The position numbers were made by a program, and so were the translations under genes. Below are positions 40,438 to 50,028 of a stretch of DNA of 64,000 nt, piece by piece. The stretch is taken from the NCBI GenBank assembly GCA_900544025.1, contig UQTM01000002.1, positions 14,723 through 78,722 on the forward strand, in the 5' to 3' direction. Position 1 is the first letter of the stretch. Every line of letters begins with the position of its first letter. The DNA is from an uncultured Odoribacter sp. Its GTDB lineage: Bacteria > Bacteroidota > Bacteroidia > Bacteroidales > Marinifilaceae. The notes under the pieces were generated by a model. The model had not been told where the DNA came from. It did no database searches and worked only from the letters and a program-made list of their open reading frames with translations.

Positions 40438-41613
40438 CTATTCTTCAAAATAAGCCGTGTAGCCGTTCCAAAAAGCAGCATCGGTTTTCAGATCCTCGTA
40501 ATACATACGTCCGGAGATCGAGGTGGGAGAATCCATATTGACACGGGTAGTAATGTATTGCATCTCCCCTTTTACCGAATTCCCCTCCTGTTTATATTTA
40601 TAGGCAATCGTAATACCGCTTAAAAAGTAAACAGATCTCATCTTCTTGTAGTTGGTGGAAATCACCATCTCCACATCGCTCTTCGGTGCTTCGTCGATCG
40701 CCACCAGATTTCGTCCCAATATATTGAAGTCCTTGGCTTTCATCTGAATTACGTTTTTAAGTACGGCTTTATCTTTTTTATTTATAAATATCTCCCCCTT
40801 ACACTGCGACACGGCAACATCCCCCGTCGTAGAGAGCGAAGGCTTGCTCAGCTCGTAAGAAATAACCTGTACAGAATCCCCTTCATACATCAGTATGCCT
40901 TTATTTTTCAATTTAAATTCATCAAGATTGGCAATATCCAGCACATTTCGTGTATTTCTTACTATATCGGCTGTCAGGATATCGTCGAAATAAGTCATGC
41001 CGTCGAAAACCGATTTCATCGGCTCGCTACGGCGTACCTGGTTGAAATTGTAATTTACTTCTTTAAATGCCGTAGCAACGTCGCTCCGGTGGTATCCTTT
41101 GGAATCGTAGATGTTTACGATGGATTCTTTCACCTTTTCCGCATCGTCATTAACCGTCACCCCGTATTTAAAATATCCGGTGTAATTATATGGCTTAGCT
41201 ATATAAGCTTTACCGATATTGGCAACCACATCCCGGAGCAACTTTTTATAAACCAAAGCTTCGGCATACACTTCCACTTCCCTCAAACCATAACTCACAG
41301 GCTTTAGTGCAACTTTCAACTCTTTATCTCTCGCTTCATAAACTTTCATTTCATAGGGAGCATATCCCACTGCCGAAAATTTAATGATATGTGTGGCATA
41401 CCGGTCGGGCACCACCAATTCAAATTTACCGTCAATATCCGAAGCCACTCCTGCCATAGTGCCCAGCAATCCCATATTAACAAAAGCCAAAGGCTGATTC
41501 GTCGCCTGGTCGATCACAGTTCCCTTTATGGTTATCTTACCATCATTCTGTGCATACCCCAACATTACCCAGCTAAAAAACAGTATTAATAATGACAGAA
41601 CTTTTTTATTCAT
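40438..41613 (-). CDS. Secreted CarboxypepD_reg-like domain protein (hypothetical)
   Basis: Signal peptide followed by ITIKGTVIDQATNQPLAFVNMGL..SDIDGKFEL, a carboxypeptidase-regulatory/TonB-plug-like N-domain, then a beta-rich remainder; 391 aa. Confidence 0.6.
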   Translation of the reverse strand: MNKKVLSLLILFFSWVMLGYAQNDGKITIKGTVIDQATNQPLAFVNMGLLGTMAGVASDIDGKFELVVPDRYATHIIKFSAVGYAPYEMKVYEARDKELKVALKPVSYGLREVEVYAEALVYKKLLRDVVANIGKAYIAKPYNYTGYFKYGVTVNDDAEKVKESIVNIYDSKGYHRSDVATAFKEVNYNFNQVRRSEPMKSVFDGMTYFDDILTADIVRNTRNVLDIANLDEFKLKNKGILMYEGDSVQVISYELSKPSLSTTGDVAVSQCKGEIFINKKDKAVLKNVIQMKAKDFNILGRNLVAIDEAPKSDVEMVISTNYKKMRSVYFLSGITIAYKYKQEGNSVKGEMQYITTRVNMDSPTSISGRMYYEDLKTDAAFWNGYTAYFEE

Positions 41614-41697
41614 AGCATCCTATTGTTTTATTTTATATATTTGCCCCAAAGTAAACAATTATAATGCTTAAAACCAAAAAACGATAAAGATAAAAAC

Positions 41698-42345
41698 ATG
41701 AGAAGGACAGCTTTATACATCACAGGTTTTATTGTCATTTCCACGTTAGTAACCTCTTGCGTATCAAAAAAGAAGTTTGAAGACCTGGCACGGGCAAAAC
41801 GGGAAGTGGATCGGGAAGTCATCGACTTGAAAAAAGACAAAAAGAATCTCGAAACAGAATTAAAGCAGGCAAAGGACGATTTTAATACGATCCGGTATAA
41901 ACTGACGGAAAATAACGCTGCCAAAGATAAAATGATCGATCAGTTACATGCACAAATGGGTAATCTCCAAAGTAAGCAAACCAAACTGAAATCGGATTTG
42001 GAAAATGTGAACGACCAGATCAAGGCTACGAACATGACTTCGGAGGAACAGATCGCTTCACTCGAAAGCAGCCTGAATAAAATTACGGCAGAACGCGACA
42101 AACTGCGTAAAGAATATTCGGACCTTCAAACCAAAATGGAATGGGAAAACCGGAAATTAAAAGGTGAATTGGAAACAGCCACTTCCGGCTCGCAGGAAAG
42201 GGACAACGAATTGTTGAAATTGAAAAACGAAAACGAAGAACTTAATAAAAAATTAACCTGGATCCGAAAAACGAAAACGGAAGCCGATGCCGAAATTAAG
42301 AAGCTGACCAATCAGGTGAACTTATTGAAGAAGCAATTAAAATGA
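41698..42345 (+). CDS. Coiled-coil lipoprotein (hypothetical)
   Basis: Lipobox ..LVTSC, then about 190 aa of uninterrupted heptad-rich charged sequence. Confidence 0.6.
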   Translation: MRRTALYITGFIVISTLVTSCVSKKKFEDLARAKREVDREVIDLKKDKKNLETELKQAKDDFNTIRYKLTENNAAKDKMIDQLHAQMGNLQSKQTKLKSDLENVNDQIKATNMTSEEQIASLESSLNKITAERDKLRKEYSDLQTKMEWENRKLKGELETATSGSQERDNELLKLKNENEELNKKLTWIRKTKTEADAEIKKLTNQVNLLKKQLK

Positions 42346-42710
42346 TATACCTACTTCTTGGATTAACAGGGCTGCTAATTATAGTTGCCCTGTTTACTTT
42401 TTTCAATAAACGCAAAGACAACCAGCCGGAAGAAATCACAGCTCCCCCCGCCGAATGTTGCGGAGCACATGCCGTTTGTGAAAAAGGGCTGAAAAAAGCG
42501 GATACTCATATCGACTACTTCGACGATGAAGAGCTGGACGCTTTCCGGGGCATTCCGGCCGACGGTTACAATGATGTTCAGATCGATGCTTTCCGGGATG
42601 TTCTTTACACCCTGCGACGCGAAGAAGTGGAAGATTGGCTGATCAGTTTGGAAAAGAGAGAAATCGACCTTCCTGAAATACTCCGTCCGGAAGCTTTGGA
42701 AATGCTATAA
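42342..42710 (+). CDS. Small single-pass membrane protein with an ECCGAHAVCEKG Cys motif (hypothetical)
   Basis: ATGA start/stop overlap with the upstream lipoprotein gene; one N-terminal TM and an acidic C-terminus. Confidence 0.55.
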   Translation: MIYLLLGLTGLLIIVALFTFFNKRKDNQPEEITAPPAECCGAHAVCEKGLKKADTHIDYFDDEELDAFRGIPADGYNDVQIDAFRDVLYTLRREEVEDWLISLEKREIDLPEILRPEALEML

Positions 42711-42720
42711 ATCCAGGCGG

Positions 42721-43995
42721 TCAGCAACTTATTTTTTTCAAAACTTCCCTGCCGATTCTGCATTGCAGGCAACGATGCTTGTCGCAATATTCCTTACGCA
42801 ACTGTATCAACGCCTGAGTCTGTAAAGCCGTCTGAAAACGAAATCCGCAGGCTTCCCAATCGGTTATAATATAATTCCGTTCCGGTTGCAATTCTTCCAG
42901 CCAGGCCAAAGCCTTCTCACAATAGTCTTCGTTCCCCTGCTCTTTACCATACAAAAACAAAAAGGGAATCACGGCATTGATAATAATGGTTCGCTTCAAT
43001 CCGTCCCCCAATCTCTTGGGACGACAAGAAGAAACCACCCCTAAGCGGTAATGATTGTCCCAATAGGGTGAAGCCTGTACATCCAGCAAACTTAAAACCT
43101 CATTCAGAGTTTGTGCCTGTGTGATCTCTCCCATCCAATCGGCAAAACGATAAAAGAAGGCGGCTAACAAAGCCAGGCGAACGGTAGGAAAAGCATCGGG
43201 ACGGATACGCATAAATTTCCATATTTCAGGAGCCAAAGAGTGCAACCCGTATTTCGTTTGCCAAAAACGATACTCCCGCTCTAAGCCGGCAAGATATTCA
43301 TCCTCTTGTTCCCCCTTCAACAATCCGGCACTTCCCAACAGCAAAGCCTCCAAAATGTCTGTCCGGTCTGCCTGTTTCAGTAATATTTTATAAGGTAACG
43401 CCAGGGCCAATTGATAAAACGGCTCTGCATTCACGTTTCCCGCCCAATATTTACACAGCAAACGATAAAAACATTCCTGCCAGTCGTTTCCGGTTTGCTC
43501 CAATATACAACGAATATCTCCACACTTGCGTTCCAGACGTTCTACTGCCAAAGCCTGCAAATTCAGCTCAAACCGCTCCCGGTCTATTTTTCCCAGATTC
43601 CGGTGGCAGGCGGGTTGCCGTTCGGACTTTTGCATAAACAAATATTCATCATACAGTCCTTCCGCATAGTCCAGCACTACCGTCTCGACCTCTTTTCCCC
43701 GGCTGTTATAGACCGGCGAATCCGCTTCCCTCACGACCGATAAAATCACGTTATCGTAAGCCGGATTCAAGTGATGCCCATGCCGGAACCAGTCGCTATT
43801 TCTTAAATGTATCTCCACATTGCCCGCCAAAACCAGATTTTCGATCCGGATACGGGCATTAAAAAAATCCGCCCCGGCATCCTTATTCTGTAAACCCACA
43901 TTCAAAACATACACATTCTTACCGGAAAGAGTGGTAAATCCGGCATTACGGAATAAAGCATTCGCCCAAATATATTGAAGAAACTCTTCTTTCAT
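42721..43995 (-). CDS. DUF2851 family protein
   Basis: The MKEEFLQYIWANALF N-terminus is characteristic of Bacteroidetes DUF2851 proteins; 424 aa with a C-terminal CxxC pair. Confidence 0.65.
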   Translation of the reverse strand: MKEEFLQYIWANALFRNAGFTTLSGKNVYVLNVGLQNKDAGADFFNARIRIENLVLAGNVEIHLRNSDWFRHGHHLNPAYDNVILSVVREADSPVYNSRGKEVETVVLDYAEGLYDEYLFMQKSERQPACHRNLGKIDRERFELNLQALAVERLERKCGDIRCILEQTGNDWQECFYRLLCKYWAGNVNAEPFYQLALALPYKILLKQADRTDILEALLLGSAGLLKGEQEDEYLAGLEREYRFWQTKYGLHSLAPEIWKFMRIRPDAFPTVRLALLAAFFYRFADWMGEITQAQTLNEVLSLLDVQASPYWDNHYRLGVVSSCRPKRLGDGLKRTIIINAVIPFLFLYGKEQGNEDYCEKALAWLEELQPERNYIITDWEACGFRFQTALQTQALIQLRKEYCDKHRCLQCRIGREVLKKISC

Positions 43996-44142
43996 ATCCT
44001 CCCTGTATTATGTAATTACAATTATACATTACTTTTTTAGAAAAAGCAAGCAATTTTTAATACAATATAACATTCGATAATTTTAATTGGTAACTCTCTT
44101 TTATTTGCCATTGCTGGCATTCCCTTTTTCTTTTATTTTTCC

Positions 44143-44150
44143 TACCTTTG
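44143..44150 (+). promoter_or_regulatory. Bacteroidetes -7 box TACCTTTG
   Basis: TAnnTTTG about 52 nt upstream of the ATG at 44203. Confidence 0.35.
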
Positions 44151-44202
44151 CAATGGATTGAAGTAAAGGTTGATAATATATATGTAATTTTAATGAAATA
44201 TT

Positions 44203-45090
44203 ATGGAAGAAAACAAATTGATTCGCGACAAAAAAGACAAAACCATGCTCATCATTATAGGTTGTCTTTCAGTGGTTCTCATTCTGCTGTTTATCTTTTT
44301 CATGGTAGAACGTTCGGAAAATAAACGTCACATCGAAGCCATACATGAAGAGAAAGAACTTTTAGAGCAGGAACTGACAGACCTTAGCTACAATTATGAT
44401 CAATTAAAAACTTCCAACGACACGTTAAACAGCAAACTAAGCCAGGAGCAGGAAAAAATAGCCCTTTTGCTGGAAAAAATGCAGAAATTCCGGGATAATT
44501 CCTATGCAGAAATCAACCGTTACAAAAAAGAGATCGGGACATTGAAAAGCGTTTTGCGTAGTTATGTTGTGCAAATCGACTCTCTGAACCAGCTAAACCA
44601 GAAATTAGTCGCTGAAAATTCGGAAGTGAAAAAACAAATAGGATACGTACGCGAACGTAACCAAAGATTGGAAAACCAACAAAAAGATATGAAAGAGGTT
44701 ATCGACCGGGCAAGTGCTTTGCGTGTCGAAAATTTCGTAGTGTATCCCGTCAATAAAAAAGATAAAGAAGTAAACTGGAAGAAATGTTTTAACCTGAAAG
44801 CAGAGTTTGTTATCACCAAAAACATCACGGCTAAACGCGGAGAAAGAGTTGTGTATCTGCGCCTGAAACGTCCGGACGATAAGATTATCGCTTTCAGCGA
44901 CAAATCATTCTTCAAATACGAAGGGGCCTCACTCACCTATTCTGCCAAACGTGAAATATCCTATGAAGGCGAACGTCTCGAAATGTCGATCTATTGGCCC
45001 AACGACGGTAGCCTGATCAAAGGAAAATATACAGCCGAACTTTTCAGTAACAACGAACTGATAGGCACAACGGAATTCTTACTAAAATAA
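44203..45090 (+). CDS. Hypothetical bitopic membrane protein: N-terminal TM, long coiled coil, C-terminal beta-rich domain
   Basis: TM MLIIIGCLSVVLILLFIFFMV, about 130 aa of coiled coil, and a C-terminal ~130 aa beta domain; 295 aa. Confidence 0.55.
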   Translation: MEENKLIRDKKDKTMLIIIGCLSVVLILLFIFFMVERSENKRHIEAIHEEKELLEQELTDLSYNYDQLKTSNDTLNSKLSQEQEKIALLLEKMQKFRDNSYAEINRYKKEIGTLKSVLRSYVVQIDSLNQLNQKLVAENSEVKKQIGYVRERNQRLENQQKDMKEVIDRASALRVENFVVYPVNKKDKEVNWKKCFNLKAEFVITKNITAKRGERVVYLRLKRPDDKIIAFSDKSFFKYEGASLTYSAKREISYEGERLEMSIYWPNDGSLIKGKYTAELFSNNELIGTTEFLLK

Positions 45091-45117
45091 CAAAACTACT
45101 TTTAACACCTAACATTT

Positions 45118-46785
45118 ATGACAGATATTGAAATTGCAAATACAGTAAAGCTGAAGCCGATCACCGAAATTGCGTCAAAGCTCGGCATCGATCCCGATCT
45201 GCTCGAACAGTATGGCAAATACAAGGCGAAACTGCCTTTAAACCTGATCGATCCGGTCAAAATGCACGGGAAGCATCTGATCCTGGTTTCAGCCATATCT
45301 CCCACTCCTGCCGGAGAAGGTAAAACGACGGTATCGATCGGTTTGACGGAAGGATTAAACCGGATCGGAAAGAAAACCACGGTCGTACTCCGCGAACCCT
45401 CGTTAGGTCCGGTGTTCGGAATAAAAGGAGGAGCAACCGGAGGTGGCTACTCTCAGGTTTTACCTATGGAAGATATCAACCTGCATTTTACAGGCGACTT
45501 CAATGCCATAGAAAAAGCGCATAATTTACTTGCCGCTTTAATCGACAACAAAATCCAAAGTAAAACCTCCACATTGGGGCTCGATCCCCGGACTGTGACC
45601 TGGAAACGGGTAATGGATATGAACGACCGGGCTCTACGCCACATTATCGTCGGATTAGGCGGAACGACCTCCGGCATACCCCGTGAAACAGGTTTCGATA
45701 TTACAGCGGCTTCCGAAGTTATGGCGATTCTTTGTCTGGCGGAAAACTTCGCCGATCTGAAAGAACGGCTGGGCAATATATTCGTGGGGTATTCCTACGA
45801 TAAGAAACCGATATATGCCCGTGACCTGAATGCACACGGAGCAATGGCCGCTCTTTTGAAAGAAGCGATCAAACCCAATCTCGTACAGACCATTGAAGGG
45901 AATCCGGCAATTATACACGGAGGGCCGTTCGCCAACATAGCGCAGGGAACGAATTCCGTACTGGCTACCAAAATGGGACTTTCTCTGTCGGATTACGTTG
46001 TAACGGAAGCCGGTTTCGGTTTCGATCTGGGAGCAGAGAAATTTATGGATATCAAATGTGTTAAAGCAGGCTTAAATCCAAGTGCTGTCGTACTGGTCGC
46101 AACTGTCCGCGCTCTAAAATATCACGGAGGGGCTAAACTCGATACGTTGAAAGAAGAGAATACGGAAGCTTTGCGCAAAGGCATCGAGAATCTGGAAAAG
46201 CATGTCGAAAACATGAAGAAATTCAATATATGCCCGGTAGTTGCTTTGAATAAATTCATCACCGATACCGATGCCGAAATTCAGATCATAGCAGATAAAT
46301 GCAAAGAACTGAATGTTCCGATGGAAGTGGCAGAAGTATGGGCAAAAGGTGGCGAAGGAGCTGAAAAATTAGCCATACTGACTTCCAAAGTAGCAGAGCA
46401 ATGCACCTGTAAATTTCAACCGTTATACGACTGGAACTGGAGCATTGAAAAGAAAATCGAAACCGTTGCGAAAGAAATATACGGAGCAGTAGCTGTCGAT
46501 TATACGGCACAGGCTAAAAGCGATTTGAAAAAGATAACGGCATTAGGCCTGGATAAACTTCCGGTTTGTATTGCCAAAACTCAAAAATCGCTTTCCGACA
46601 ACCCCAAATTACTTGGGCGTCCGAAAGATTTTATCGTTACGGTCCGCCAATTGGAAATTGCAGCCGGAGCCGGATTCGTTATCCCGATCACAGGTGAAAT
46701 CATGCGAATGCCCGGTTTACCCGATGTTCCGGCAGCAGAGCACATTGATATTGATGAAAACGGACAAATCCGCGGTTTGTTTTAG
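45118..46785 (+). CDS. fhs: Formate--tetrahydrofolate ligase (Fhs)
   Basis: PTPAGEGKTTVSIGL P-loop and an FTHFS signature; 555 aa. Confidence 0.95.
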   Translation: MTDIEIANTVKLKPITEIASKLGIDPDLLEQYGKYKAKLPLNLIDPVKMHGKHLILVSAISPTPAGEGKTTVSIGLTEGLNRIGKKTTVVLREPSLGPVFGIKGGATGGGYSQVLPMEDINLHFTGDFNAIEKAHNLLAALIDNKIQSKTSTLGLDPRTVTWKRVMDMNDRALRHIIVGLGGTTSGIPRETGFDITAASEVMAILCLAENFADLKERLGNIFVGYSYDKKPIYARDLNAHGAMAALLKEAIKPNLVQTIEGNPAIIHGGPFANIAQGTNSVLATKMGLSLSDYVVTEAGFGFDLGAEKFMDIKCVKAGLNPSAVVLVATVRALKYHGGAKLDTLKEENTEALRKGIENLEKHVENMKKFNICPVVALNKFITDTDAEIQIIADKCKELNVPMEVAEVWAKGGEGAEKLAILTSKVAEQCTCKFQPLYDWNWSIEKKIETVAKEIYGAVAVDYTAQAKSDLKKITALGLDKLPVCIAKTQKSLSDNPKLLGRPKDFIVTVRQLEIAAGAGFVIPITGEIMRMPGLPDVPAAEHIDIDENGQIRGLF

Positions 46786-46796
46786 CCTTGTCCGAT

Positions 46797-46836
46797 ACCG
46801 TCCGAGGATACGACAGACAACCCGGACGGTCTTTTC
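46797..46836 (+). terminator. Probable terminator after fhs
   Basis: ACCGTCCG / CGGACGGT stem with an 18 nt loop, then CTTTT. The T-tract is weak. Confidence 0.4.
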
Positions 46837-46877
46837 ACCGAATACCAATAATATAATAAAAATCAATCTTAATTGAT

Positions 46878-48068
46878 ATGAGAAGTGGGAGTTTTATATT
46901 TATTGCCGGTCTGATTTTGATTCTTCTAATCGATACGGCATTATTTTTTCTATTGAAACAAAAATTACGCAGTAAGTGGAAAACAATTCTTTACTGACTT
47001 CACTCTCTGCTTTTTGTAATCATTTTAGTCACTTACCATATCATCATCTCCCGCCTGAAAGGTCCGGAGGCTTATTTTTGGATTGAAAAAGTCATCGGAA
47101 TCATATTCCTGTTTTACACACCCAAGTTACTGTATATTATTTTTAAATCCCTTAGTTGGGTGGCAGGCCTGTTTAGTAAACTGGCATGCAAAATATTACG
47201 GGTTATCGCTTGGTACAGTGCACTGTTAGCATTTCTGATCTTATTGTTCAGCATCACCTGGGGACGTTATTACTACAAAATAGAGACCGTTCCCGTATCT
47301 TTCGATCAGTTGCCGACAGCTTTCGACGGTTATAAGATCGTGCAGCTCACCGATCTGCATTTGGGAAGTTATGGAAAAAGTTATAAAGGCATTCCACGCC
47401 TGGTGAAAGAAGTAAATGCCCTTCACCCGGATGTTATTGTTTTTACAGGCGATATGGTCAATAACTTTGCAGCCGAAATGACTCCCTGGATAGATCAGCT
47501 CAGCCAATTGAAAGCAAAAGACGGAAAATTTGCAGTGACGGGAAACCATGATTACGGGGATTATACACACTGGAAACACCCCGAAGAAAAACGGGAAAAC
47601 TTAAACCAGTTTTTCGCAAATATGAAAGCGATGGGATTTCACATGCTAAACAACGATAATGTACCTTTAATATCACAAGGAGATACTCTTTATCTGGCCG
47701 GTGTCGAAAACTGGGGCAAACCGCCCTTCCCCCGCTACGGACAGCTAAGTAAAGCCTTGGAAAGAACAGAGGGGCATTTTGTTTTACTACTCTCCCACGA
47801 TCCCTCCCATTGGAGGGCGGAAGTTTTACAGCATTCCATCCCTCTCACATTATCGGGACATACACATGCAATGCAAATGGGAATTAAAATAGGTAACTAC
47901 GAATGGAGCCCCGCCAAATACATATATCCGGAATACGACGGCTTATATCGCCAAGACCATCAGTATTTGTATGTAAGCCGGGGACAGGGGTATTTAGGCT
48001 TTCCAGGCCGTATCGGGCTCCGCCCCGTTATCACGGAAATTATTTTAACCAAATCCGTCAAACCCTAA
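46878..48068 (+). pseudogene. Calcineurin-like metallophosphoesterase with an N-terminal multi-TM domain, interrupted by an in-frame TGA at 46995-46997. The intact downstream part is 47160-48068 with a GTG start.
   Basis: One reading frame runs ATG 46878 ... TGA 46995 and then stays open through to 48068. Both sides encode hydrophobic TM segments, followed by the phosphoesterase motifs LTDLHLG, GDMV, GNHDYG and GHTH. Confidence 0.6.
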
Positions 48069-48114
48069 AAAACCAATCAGAGTACCGCCAAGTAAACTGA
48101 AGGAACAGACATTT

Positions 48115-50028
48115 ATGAAGAAATTTCATAATATAAGTTTTGCTAAGCAACTGACGTATTATCTGTTAAGTGCGCTTATTATTACTTTTATATTAATAGC
48201 TGTTGCACTTACGAACACGCTAAACCAATTCATTCAAAATAATGCCTATACTCAGGCGCGTGTTTTAGCAACAAACATTCTGCTTATTTTTGACAAGCAG
48301 ATTGTAAACTTTGAGAATATCCCCAACAGCGTTATCGGATTATCTGAAGAAATAAACCCCGATAATGCGAAAATAATTCCGGACAGAATCTTAAAAAGCT
48401 ATCCTTTTCTTTCCGGCTGCTCGGTACATTACAATCCGACGCATCCGAAATTAGGACAGCTCGGTTATGTACATGCCGTAAGAAAACTCGACGGTCAGAT
48501 TGCCTTAAATTCATCGAGACTTTTGTTCGATCCGTACAATCCGGATACAACTTGCATCATACGGCAATGTCACACCGATGCTTTTTGGGCGAATACAATG
48601 ATCGAAGGACAATCGGCAATTTCTTTGTGTACGCCTTTTCAGGATCGCTCCGGAACAACGATCGGTATGATCAAGATCGATTTCCCCTTGAAAACAATCA
48701 CCGACTTACTCTGTGATTACAGGATTTTCCGGTCTGGCCATTTATTTGTGGTAAATCAGCAAGGGCAATACATCGCCCACTCCTCCGACAGCCTCATGGG
48801 TAAATACAAGAATATATTTTCTATCCCCACCACCGATAAGAATACTAAAAAGACGCTGCATAAACTGGTGAGAGGTGAAACGGGACATACCGACATTGAA
48901 AGTGACGGCAGAAGCTGTTATTTATATTTCACTCCTATACCCCAAACTCAATGGCGTCTCGGCATTGTCTGTCCTTACGACGAAATCGTGGCTTCGTCCA
49001 GCAGGCTATTTATCCTTTTAGCGATCAGCCTCGGTATCGGCTCTTTATTTTTATTTATCTGTACGGTCAATATTGTGCACCGCTTATCCGATCCCCTGAA
49101 ACAATTGGCTTACACGGCGCGCCAAATGGCAAAGGGACGTTTCGATATCAAACTCGCCAGCACTCATTCCAGCCTTGAGATTCAGGAATTATATACTTCT
49201 TTCCGCTATATGCAAAAAAGTATAATCGACTATATCGACCGGCTTACGAGCACCACAGCCGAAAAAGAGCAGATGAATTCGGAGATGCGGTTGGCTCAGA
49301 GGATTCAGCATAGTTTCTTACCCAAACGCGTTCAACTACCGTCCCATGTGGAACTGTTCGGAGAATTGCGCCAATCCAGAAAGGTCGGAGGAGATTTGTT
49401 CGATTACTTTGTAAAAGACCATCGTCTTTATTTTGCAATCGGTGATGTTTCGGGCAAAGGAATACCTGCTGCACTTTACATGTCGTCGATCACCAAGCTT
49501 TTCCGGTATGTTGCCAACGACAAGCACTCCACGGCGGCTATCTGTGATATTATCAACCGGCACAGTTGCGACGACGGCGAAGACGATATCTACATCACCA
49601 TGTTTGTCGGTATTTTGGATATGAATACCGGAATTATGACCTTTACAAATGCCGGACATCCTTATCCCTTGATCGTTCACGAAAGCGGGGATGTTTCTGT
49701 GCTGGATAAATATCCCGACGTACCCATCGGAGTGCTGGAAGATCACCGGTATTCGGAACACATTTTCACGCTGCATAAAAATACCTCCATCCTGCTTTAT
49801 ACGGATGGCATTACCGACTCGGAAAATAAAAATTCGGAATTTTACGGAAAAGAAAATCTGATGAATTGCCTTAAATCGGTTCCGGAGAAAACACCGGAAC
49901 ACCTGATCAAAGCGATTCTCGAAGACATTCAACGCCATACGGCAGGATGCCGTCAATCGGACGATCTCACGGTTCTATCGATTTTGTATAAGGGGAATCC
50001 GGAACAAAAGCTTATTGCTGCCGAATAA
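48115..50028 (+). CDS. Sensor serine phosphatase: N-terminal TM, extracytoplasmic sensor domain, second TM/HAMP-like linker, C-terminal SpoIIE/PP2C phosphatase
   Basis: C-terminal PPM/SpoIIE motifs (FAIGDVSGKGIPAALYMS, ..FTNAGHPYP.., ..LLYTDGITD..) and two predicted TMs flanking an ~270 aa periplasmic region; 637 aa. Confidence 0.8.
   Translation: MKKFHNISFAKQLTYYLLSALIITFILIAVALTNTLNQFIQNNAYTQARVLATNILLIFDKQIVNFENIPNSVIGLSEEINPDNAKIIPDRILKSYPFLSGCSVHYNPTHPKLGQLGYVHAVRKLDGQIALNSSRLLFDPYNPDTTCIIRQCHTDAFWANTMIEGQSAISLCTPFQDRSGTTIGMIKIDFPLKTITDLLCDYRIFRSGHLFVVNQQGQYIAHSSDSLMGKYKNIFSIPTTDKNTKKTLHKLVRGETGHTDIESDGRSCYLYFTPIPQTQWRLGIVCPYDEIVASSSRLFILLAISLGIGSLFLFICTVNIVHRLSDPLKQLAYTARQMAKGRFDIKLASTHSSLEIQELYTSFRYMQKSIIDYIDRLTSTTAEKEQMNSEMRLAQRIQHSFLPKRVQLPSHVELFGELRQSRKVGGDLFDYFVKDHRLYFAIGDVSGKGIPAALYMSSITKLFRYVANDKHSTAAICDIINRHSCDDGEDDIYITMFVGILDMNTGIMTFTNAGHPYPLIVHESGDVSVLDKYPDVPIGVLEDHRYSEHIFTLHKNTSILLYTDGITDSENKNSEFYGKENLMNCLKSVPEKTPEHLIKAILEDIQRHTAGCRQSDDLTVLSILYKGNPEQKLIAAE

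Noticed and set aside
46878-46997. 39 aa ORF (MRSGSFIFIAGLILILLIDTALFFLLKQKLRSKWKTILY) as an independent small membrane protein
   Set aside because: It is in the same frame as, and contiguous with, the downstream TM-rich open frame leading into the metallophosphoesterase. It is more parsimoniously the N-terminus of that gene, cut off by a single stop.
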